64,000 nucleotides of DNA from the NCBI GenBank assembly GCA_965240325.2, contig OZ251229.1:1426001-1490000 (forward strand), written 5' to 3'. The position numbers were made by a program, and so were the translations under genes. Of this stretch, positions 55,234-64,000 are shown one piece after another. Every line of letters starts with the position of its first letter. Position 1 is the stretch's first letter. Source of the stretch: Rebecca billardiae RCC1528. Lineage: Eukaryota; Protista; Haptophyta. The notes under the pieces were generated by a model that was not told where the DNA came from, did not search any database, and saw only the letters and a list, made by a program, of their open reading frames with translations.

Positions 55234-57182
55234 ATGACCGCGTTCCGCGGTCTTTTTCTGCATAGAATCAACGCAGTTGGGGGCCCGCGGTGGCCGTGCA
55301 ATCGCGTCAGCTCTCCGCCGTGGCAGTTCGCCAGTTGAGTTGAAGTACGCGGTTCTGAGTCCGACCGTCGCCTGCCTGCGACTGCTTGCGAGATCGACTC
55401 ACTCACTCACACTTCACAGCAGCGCGAGACTCACTCACACTTCACACAATCACAGCAGCGGACCTGTCAAGACCGCACCGTCGGTCAAATCGGACGACGT
55501 CCGTCTGACAACTAGCTGCCAAATGTCCAACCGGCTGATCAGCTCGGATCCGCGACCCGCGTCCGCGATCGTGCCGAGAGAGTCGTGCCGCGGAGCTCGG
55601 AGTGCTGAAGGAGTCGGGTGTGACAGCAGGGTGGCCAGGGTGCTTAGCGCTGCGGCCCGTGCCAGCCAACGACTAGACGTACTCTGGTGGCCACTTGACC
55701 CGTTGCACGGGTGAGTGCAGAGTGACCGTACGCCAGGCTCAGCAGGCCAGTGACTGGCCGAGTGAAAATATGCGACGATGTTGTCGTTGATTGCAACTAG
55801 CGTTGATGATTGCAACTAGAGCTGGGCGATGGCGGCCGGGCGCGACGAGCCGAGCGGATTGGTGCACGGGAGATCCAATTCCCCGTGCACCAAATAGTGA
55901 CCAATCCAATCCCCTCGTCGTCAGGTGGCGCCGTTGCTGAGATCGAGCTGCAAAACCCTCAGCAGGTGGGCAAGTGAAGGAAACAGGGAGGGCTGTCGCA
56001 GCGCGCGCCGCGGTGGGAAGAGAGAAGACTTGCCTCCCATCTGCAGCTGTGGCAGCGTTCCCTCTCGCGGCGGTGGAAGGCGACGACGAGGAGGATTCTG
56101 ACGATGCAATTGTCGACAACTGCTGGGAAGCCGCTGCGGTGACACTGTGCCGCGTGCACAGCTAGCTGCTGAAAAGTGGCGGCCGGTTAAAAACGGCCCG
56201 CCATTTAAGTTAAATGCTACTGTCTTAACCAAGTGTGCACGTTAAATCATAGTAAACTGTGCTCTCTCTTCGGAGAGCGTGCGATGAAGGATGGCGCGGC
56301 AACCTGCCACCGTGAGCCTTACGCACGTTAAAACAAATAAACTGTAGGAGTAGCGCGCGCCGCGCGACTCGCCACTCGGGGTGATGGAGAGCGGGTGGCG
56401 ACAGCAGCAGCAGTCTCATGAAGACGATGAAGCTGGCGGCACGGGTGCACAAGGTGGCAGGCGAAAACGCGCCGACGAGACCGCATTTGACACACCTGAG
56501 CCGCACGCGCGTGCTCAGCCGTCAAGCGCGAGCGCTGGACTAATAACAAACGCGCATGCAACTACCGCGCGCGCCACGACGGCGCGGCACTAGCTGATGC
56601 AGGCCGTACTCCCGGCACTGCTTCTGCGATCATGCGCCACGGTCGCAGCTGACTGCGTGAGCAGCAAGCGGGAGGCGGGTCCGGAGGCACGTGCATGTAG
56701 GCGCGCTCGCAGCAGGGTTATTAATATTGGTCCCATCCGCCATCGTGCGGGCCACGTCACCTCCGATCCGGATGTGGCCCCAGTCCGGACGTCACGCGAT
56801 CCGGGATGACGACGAATATGGCGGAATATCATCACTGTTATTGTCTGGTGCTCACTCCGCCGCTGGGCGGACTGTCCGGCGCAGTATTGTTAATTGTAGA
56901 ACGAGACGAGTCTACCCGCAATTACCCACCCTCGGACACTTGGGCGTGGGTTTCGTTGATTCCTCTGTTCACTATCGCCGAGGGGACGCGGCCCTTTTTC
57001 GACGCTAATCCATCCGTAAGGCGGTCTCAAAAAATCGAAACTCGGTCTCCCCCAGCCCTGGAAAACACCGCCACGTCCCTTTTTCTTATTATATATTTGA
57101 TCAAAGATCTTTTTGAAACGTGGTTAGTGCCCGCGTCGCGGGCTCCACGCTGCGCGACGTTCCGCCCTGCACCGCGGGCCAT
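55234..57182 (-). mobile_element. Full-length hairpin-terminated non-autonomous element (sister of 1-481)
   Basis: 3' terminus ATGACCGCGTTCCGCGGTC at 55234; 5' terminus ...GCACCGCGGGCCAT at 57182. Confidence 0.85.
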
Positions 57183-57502
57183 CAGTATTCTAGTTCGACT
57201 GAATTCGATAAGACTCGGCCGTGCAGGCCCCAACGGTAGTGAATGAACGGTATGACATTCAGCAGTCACCGCGGCCCCGCGGTCTAGCTGTCGAATTATT
57301 ATTAGTAACACTGCTGACTTGCACCGTACTCAGATGATGATGTATTACCGATATGGCCATATGCGCGCGAACAGTTTTCCACTTGGCCCGGACCCGTCAT
57401 CACGCCCGCCACAGACACTTGAGACAGCCCCGTCGACTGACTCGTCGACTGCGGGCCGCGAAGGACTGAACCGTACCGTCCGTAATAACCGTATATTTAG
57501 TT

Positions 57503-59967
57503 ATGGCCCGCGGTGCAGGGCGGAGCGCGCAGCGTGGAGCCCGCACCAGCGGGCCCGAACCACGTTTCAAAAAGATCTTTGATCGTCAAAGAAAAAAGGG
57601 ACGGGGGACGATTTTCAGGGCTGGAGGAGACCGAGTTTCGAATTTTGAGACTCCCTTACAGGTGCATCCTCGTCGAAAAAGGGCGCGTCCGCCGTCTTGA
57701 ATAGTGAACAGAGGAATCAACGAAACTCCCACGCCCAAGTGTGCCAGGGTGAGTAATTACGGGTGGACTCAGTCGTTCATGTGTGACCATAGTAAATAAA
57801 TATGGGCCTCGCCGCCGCAAGAACGACTCTCGTCGCACTGGTCACGGAGCTCACAACGGCATTACACAGTCAGACACTGGACAGCAGGCCACACAGCCAC
57901 CTGCTGGCTCTGCCAAGACACTGGCAGCCCCCAGGCGCAGGCTGCCTCCTCCTAGTCAAGCTCAGCAAGACAGCCCCCCGCCCAAACGACACTGCCCACC
58001 CCACCAGGCAAATGTGCCTATCCTAACACCAACTGGCAGGCAGGCTCAGCCTGCGCAACGAAGTATGCAACCCCCTGCAAAGAGCAGCAGAAAGAGGCGC
58101 GCAAACGACACCTCCCCAGGCGTATTAGCCATCGCCACCACTCTGCTTGCGTCCTACAGCGGCCCACGCCCTGACTTGATGCCCGATATCGCACACATGT
58201 CTGACATGACACCATCTGCCTCCATAGCAGCACGAGTGAAATACAGGCGCCTCACTGCCAGGACCAGTGGCCCAGACCCCGGCCCAGCTACTGGGCTCGC
58301 TGACAGCCCCCTCCGTCCCCTCCCCCGCGCAGGGATCGGCTAGTGGCTGGCCCTCTGCCCACACTGGGGCGCCCTAGGGGGTGCCCAGTCTGCCGACTCG
58401 GCTCAAACTCGATGATCTCGAATTGCAAGGCAGTGCACTGCTGGTACCTGGGACCACCCCACAGTGTTGGGCTTGTATGCTGTCGGCAATGGCATACCCC
58501 CGCCCCCTCTGGAGGCGGGCTGTCCACAGCGGAGTGGTGTCAAGGCACTCGGTGTATCGGTCAGTGGTTTGAGGTTGGGTGAGGGTGGTGGTTGGTTGGG
58601 GGCTGGCCAGGGTAGGGCTGGAGGCTTCGGCCGCCAGTCTGATCACCCGGAGCCCGTTATAAAGGGGAATTTAAACCAACTCCAATACTGCGAGACATTG
58701 AAAAAATACCCGCAGCTATTCGTCGCCAGCCCATTTCATAGTCACTGATCGACGCACCGAGCTGGCGAGCCTCAAAACTCGCCGTCGTCGCAAGGCAGCA
58801 GGTTTGATTGAGCCCGTTGGCGGAGGTGCCAGCGCCGCGACTCTCGCCTCCAAGCAAGGGCGGGCGATGGGCAGGTGCGCGCGGCCAGTGGCGCCTGGAG
58901 CGCGCGTCTGCGGCGGGTCCCGACGGCCGTCGACATCGTGTTTGTGCCCCGCTCACTAGTCACTCCGCGCGCCCCTGCCGCCCTGTCGATGCCTGCGCGG
59001 CCGGGACCGCGCGTCAGCGCAGCCGCCGCCCTTTGTTCGGGCTCTCGCAAGCTCGGGGGCAGCGGCGCCTGACTGATGCCGGACTGATCGATCTCTGAGT
59101 CTCCGACTTCACCACACGCCCCCCTTGTCATGCCTCTCCGCCAGGGTCTCCCAGAACTCTTCTTCAGAGCAGGCGCGCCAACCCGAATCCATCGATCTGT
59201 TCCGTGCCGGCACTCTCGGCCCGCGCCGGCAAGTCTGTCTGCAGCGCTGGACGGGCGGACCTAGGAGGACGAGCTGCGGCGCGGACGACGGTGGTGCGCG
59301 ACGTCCCCAGAGCTGGCCGTGCCTCTGCGACGCGTGCCGAGCCTGACCGAGGTGTGTCACCCCGTGACCCCGTGCAGTGCAACCGCGGCGTGCGGAGTGA
59401 ATAACAATCACCGGTGCCCTCGCACCTCGGCACACACAATGCTCCCTCTGGCTGTCTGCTCCGCGTGGCCTGGCGTGCACGTAGATAGAGTTGCGCTCAT
59501 GCGTCGATCACGCCTCGCGCCCGCCTGTCGGCCGTCGCGCAGGCGCTGGTCGAACCCTACTCGGACCAGTGCAAATCATCCGTACTCCGCTGGCGCTGCC
59601 CGGCGGCGCGCGGTGACGACCGAGACAGCGCGGTCAGCAGCAGCGGCCCGAACGAATCCGCGGCCCCGCACCGTGTTCCCTGGCTGTCAGCTCCACGTGG
59701 CCTGGCGTGCACGTGGAGTCGCGCTCATGCGTCGATCACGCCTCGTCGCATCCGCCTGTACACAATCCGCCATCCGGGCGCCGGCGCCGGCGGCTGCGAT
59801 GGGCCCGCGCCCGGCGCCGGCACCGGGGCGCAGCGGCGCGCCGCTGGAGTCTAGTTGTACGGGCATGCAACTGGTCTGTCAATAGACGACTGCGACGGAG
59901 GGTGCACCGCCACCGCGGGCCCCGAACTACGTTCGTTCTACGGAAAAGGACCGCGGAACGCGGTCAT
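57503..59967 (+). mobile_element. Full-length hairpin-terminated non-autonomous element, chimeric
   Basis: 5' ATGGCCCGCGGTGCAGGG at 57503; 3' ...CGAACTACGTTCG...GGACCGCGGAACGCGGTCAT at 59967. Confidence 0.85.
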
Positions 59968-60005
59968 ATATATATATCTATATAGATATATAGATATATA
60001 GATAT

Positions 60006-60092
<87 letters not shown>

Positions 60093-60123
60093 TATATAGA
60101 TATCTATAGATATCTATATAGAT

Positions 60124-60157
<34 letters not shown>

Positions 60158-60170
60158 GATATAGATATAG
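59968..60170. repeat. (TAGA)n/(TA)n microsatellite
   Basis: Directly visible; begins immediately after the element terminus. Confidence 0.95.
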
Positions 60171-60698
60171 TCGTTATATCTAGACGAAAATATGGACGAG
60201 CCGCTGTTAAACCTATATTGGGGGTTTGGCTGATGATCCATCTGGCCGGAACGCACACGGCGCAGCCTGCATCAAGCCTCCCGCAGTCTTCAAATCAATC
60301 GATCGACTTGAATGAATCAACGGTCCGTGCTGGCAGACCGTGCGGAGCCGGGACCGGTTCAGACTTCAGTCACCGAAGCTCAAGCAGCGCGGCCGCGCGC
60401 TGATGGTCAGCAGAGAACGAGTACCCCGGCAAGAAGTCCTCCGGAGGCGTCTCCACGATCGGAGTAGATGGACGATGGCGGCGGTGCCTGCACTGCTCTG
60501 CAGCATCGTGAGCCCCGGTGTCAGTCGGCGACCATAACCACGGCGCGTGTTTCGCGGCGCTCGAAGCTGGCCACCGCCGGGGAGACGAGCCCGTCGCGGT
60601 GCCAGTCGCGGCGGGAGCCGGCTAGTGGACATGGTGTGACGTTGCACGCCCGCGACGGTGGCCCGCGACGCGGGCTCCTCCAGCGCGCTCACGGCTCG

Positions 60699-61679
60699 TC
60701 AGCCCACGAGGCCGCCGCCGCTCGCCCCAGCCCCGGGACCAGGCATCTGGCCGAACGCGCCCGTCTGTGCGGGCAGGGGCGGAGCGCCCGCCGGCGCGCC
60801 TGGCGGCCCGGCAGCGACGTGCGTCTCCGCGCACAAGTCGCGGTGGGAGCTGTACCAATGTAGCTTCTGGCAGAGGAGCCCGCAGTATGGCACGAACTGC
60901 CGCCAGCACTCGTAGCAGCGAGAGCACACAGTGAACACGCTCACGTGCGCCGGCCGCACGCGTCGCCGCGGGTACCAGCGGCCGCAATGCGCGGCGCACT
61001 TGCGCATCACGTGCGCCGGCTCGGCGATGCCCCATTCGCGCACCGCGGCGAGGGCCATCTCCTCCAGCGCGCCCCACGAGACGCCCAACGTCTCGTACAG
61101 GAGGCCGCGGTCGCGCGCGGCTTCGGCCCAGTCCAGCATGGGGTGCATGACGCTGCCCGTCTGCGCGATACCGCACCGGCTCTCGAGGCCGACCTCGAGC
61201 CGCGCCGGCAGCCAGTCGGAGACGTGGCGCGCGGCTTCGGAGGCGTCCTTCACGCCGCGCACGCACAGGTTGCGCGTGATCAGCGCGAGGTTGTACGTCG
61301 CGCCAGCGTGCCCCGTGCCGGCGGCCTTCTCGAGCGTCAGCATGCCGGCCTCGTAGTCGCAGAGGTGGTACACTTCGAGGAGGCCGAGCACGAGGCAGGC
61401 GTCGCCGTTCTCGGCTCGCGCCAGCTCGCGCAGCCGCGCGATGGCGCGCTCGGGCTCGGTCAGCCGGATGCCGTGCAATTGCGCGCGCTTCCGCTGCACG
61501 GGAGAGTCGAGCAGAGCGCGCATTCGCTGGCACGTCTGCGCGACTTGGGACGTGTCCGCCACGTGCAGGAATCTGAGCGCGTTGCAGAGCAGCTCGGTTG
61601 GTAGCTCATCCAGGAGCGCCCTGGGCCGCAGCGACCCATCTTCGCGGCGCCTCCGCGGCGACCCCGCGCCCACCTCCAT
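60699..61679 (-). CDS. F-box + Sel1-like + MYND-type zinc finger protein
   Basis: F-box LLDELPTELLCNALRFL...AQTCQRMRAL; Sel1-like LEKAAGTGHAGATYNLAL; MYND CSRC...YCGLLCQKLHW..HRDLC. Confidence 0.8.
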   Translation of the reverse strand: MEVGAGSPRRRREDGSLRPRALLDELPTELLCNALRFLHVADTSQVAQTCQRMRALLDSPVQRKRAQLHGIRLTEPERAIARLRELARAENGDACLVLGLLEVYHLCDYEAGMLTLEKAAGTGHAGATYNLALITRNLCVRGVKDASEAARHVSDWLPARLEVGLESRCGIAQTGSVMHPMLDWAEAARDRGLLYETLGVSWGALEEMALAAVREWGIAEPAHVMRKCAAHCGRWYPRRRVRPAHVSVFTVCSRCYECWRQFVPYCGLLCQKLHWYSSHRDLCAETHVAAGPPGAPAGAPPLPAQTGAFGQMPGPGAGASGGGLVG

Positions 61680-61882
61680 GTGGCTTCTCGCGGCCGGGAC
61701 TACCGTGGGGAGAATGATGGCCGCCGAGCGGCGCAATTTTGCCAATTTCGGGCAATTATTTTACGCAAATCACCGTGGGCAGGGCCCGAACGAAAGCTCC
61801 GGCTACAGCCGAGTCCGGCCGAATGAATGGAAAGGAACCGGACACATGGGTCGGACCCGGGAGGTGCCAACGTTGGTCAACA

Positions 61883-63323
61883 ATGGCGGCGCTACTGGCC
61901 GTCTCCCTGTGCGCCGCCCTCGTCGCGGTGGACGGGGCGAACGACCTGCGGCCTAACCGGCCGTTCAGGCTCGAAGCGTCGCAGGTCGCGGCCGTAATGT
62001 GCATCGGCGACTCGTGGATGACCGGGTTCAACGTCGACCCCAAGGCCGCGAGCAACATCAAGCAGCCTTTCGCGGACTACCGCGGCGGATCGTGGGGCTG
62101 CGGCGATGGCATCATCTCGGCTAGTCGGACCGTCGAGACCCTTGGAACGCTCTTGAGACGATTCAACCCAAAGCTCGAGGGCTTGTCGCGCGGCATTCAC
62201 GACTACGATCGCATCGACCCCTGCACAGCGCGCAGGTGTGCACATGCACGTGCGACCGAGCGCCGCGCGTGCGGCTTGGCCGGCGCGCCCGCTGACGGCA
62301 CAGCACTCTCTGGGTGCGCACCGGGTGCTGTGCCCCGCGCGGCTGCTGCCCGCGCAGGCACCTGTGCGGGCTCAACGCGGCGATCGACGGCGCGTCACTC
62401 ATCCACGGCCGTGGCCCCGACGGGCTCGACAGCCATCTAAACAGCTCTCTGCTCAGGCAGGCGATGGACCTGCGCCGATGGATTGACGCGGAGAGACCGC
62501 AGCTGCTGGCGCAGTGGAAGGTGCTCACACTCATGCCGTCGTGGGGCGATCAGGTGCGTGACGCGCGCCGGCATCGCAGCGCCGCGCGCAGCACTCACGC
62601 CCGCCCCTGTGCTCATCACACGCGCTCCATGGCGCGCATCGCGCATGCGGCCGCCGGCAGTGGTGGTCCTTGCGAAGCGTACCGTTCCTTCGCGGCTGCT
62701 TACGCGAGCTGTTCCATTATATGCGCAGTCACCTGCCCATGACGTACGTCAACCTGATCGCCGTGAGCGAGCACCCCTCCACCATCGATGAGATGCTCGC
62801 GAGGGACCCGTGGTGCCAGCTGCGCGTGACGATTTGGAAGGCGCAAGCGTTCCTGCTGCAGCAGACCGCCTTCAACACGAACGCGGGCGCGGACGCGTAC
62901 GCGCTGCGCATCAACGACGAGCTGCGCGAGGTTGCGAAGCTGTTCGACGACGGCAAGCGCTTCATCGTGCGCTTCCGCCCGGTGATGCTCGGCTTCACCT
63001 TCCAGCGCCGGCTGATGGAGCGGTCGACCTGCTTCCACCCGAACGCCCTGCTCGTCGAGAGCCTCGCATTCGGCGTTCTGCAGAACATGCTCACGAGGAG
63101 CCCGGCGAAGCAGCTCCGACGACTGCCTACCTTCGACGTCGGGCCAGAGGCGCGGCCTGTTGACAGTGCCAGCGTGTTGACGCAGAGGTGGAGATTGTAC
63201 GACGCATTCAGGCAAGCCGTGCTCAGCATCGGCACCGTCAACGACAACGACACCGTCAACGGCACCGCCGGTATGAGTCCCAGCGTCGTTGGCAACAGTG
63301 CCGTCGGTGGCATACTTTACTGA
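61883..63323 (+). CDS. Secreted phospholipase B1-like SGNH/GDSL lipase; introns ~62236-62358 and ~62554-62660
   Basis: Signal peptide; IGDSWMTGF, TLGTLLRRFNPKLEGLS, LNAAIDGA, QWKVLTL, CFHPN. Confidence 0.8.
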
Positions 63324-64000
63324 CGACACCTCGGGTACCGCTGCGGAAGCCTGTAAGTCGCGCGGAAACTCCGCCCGCCGGCGCCGGCCGATTCGTCGGA
63401 TCGACGCGCCGAACATGAGATGATGAAATCGATGCTGTCCTCATCATCAAATAAAATAAAATGGTGGGTCGTCATTATTAACCCCTCCGACGACGAGCGC
63501 GTGCGCGCGACGGTGCGCGAGGCCTGTCGGAGAGCAGGGCAGGATGATGCGCATGGTGTCCGCGACGGCGGCGCGACGGCTGTCGTCGACGGCAGCCGCG
63601 AGCGGCGTGGGCATGGCGGCCAGGCGTGTGCGTCCACCGCCACCTGTCATCGACGACCAGGAGTATCGCGTGGCTCGGGTCATCTCCAGCCACCTCCGGC
63701 GCCCGCCGCCGAAGCGTGCTGCGTTCGCCGCATCACAGCAGCACGACCCGAGCTCCTCTGCCCCGGGCGATGCCGCCGCAGCCGCACCAGCGACGAGCGC
63801 AGCGCCACGGCCGAGCAAGCGCTGGCACTACAAGCCGACCGTGAGGCGAGCCGGAGATCACGAGCCGGACACTGTGCGCGTACCGATCGGCGATCAGAAG
63901 AGCTACTGGCCACGCGACGACTTTGAGACGATGATCTCGGACATGCGCACGACGATCGGGCGGAGCCTGCACATCCCGCGCGAGAACGTGCGCTTCCAAG

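Noticed and set aside
55859-55893. 12-bp perfect inverted repeat TTGGTGCACGGG/CCCGTGCACCAA
   Set aside because: Single occurrence inside element cargo; no evidence for an RNA gene or terminator.
57503-57700. Recurrent short ORF MARGAGRSAQRGARTSGPEPRFKKIFD
   Set aside because: It is only the translation of the conserved 5' terminus; copies are frameshifted relative to each other.
63420-64000. ORFs at the window end
   Set aside because: No recognisable motif, and truncated by the window edge.

Overview
Eukaryotic, very GC-rich (~70%+ in genes) nuclear DNA from an alga with a complex plastid. A CYP38-like protein has a signal peptide, transit peptide and lumen signal. Short introns of the form GTGCGC...(CG)n...CGCAG are reminiscent of Pavlovales haptophytes such as Diacronema; the organism is an inference. 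About 14 recognisable genes sit mostly in tight head-to-head pairs: a cNMP-dependent kinase, CYP38-like cyclophilin, a bacterial Dcm-type C5 DNA methyltransferase, two ankyrin proteins, an RCC1 protein, TMEM218-like, strawberry notch/PHD, a GT31 glycosyltransferase, COMMD5, C2+DUF1765-like, LMF, F-box/Sel1/MYND and phospholipase B-like. Repeat-rich islands separate them. The main unexplained structure is a family of non-autonomous elements: five full copies of 1.8-3.0 kb plus two 3'-end remnants. They share a ~150-nt 5' end (ATGGCCCGCGGTG...) and a ~60-nt 3' end (...CACCGCGGGCCC...GACCGCG-GAA-CGCGGTCAT). The ends show asymmetric inverted repeats and structure-conserved hairpins, while the interiors are different and mosaic. 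Two copies carry a psq-type HTH fused to a ubiquitin-specific-protease N-terminal half. Also present: a nested TIR element with its empty site in the window, an 8-bp-TSD MITE, a 5'-truncated RLE-type non-LTR retrotransposon with short relatives, CpG-eroded patches, and divergence between repeat copies dominated by micro-duplications.
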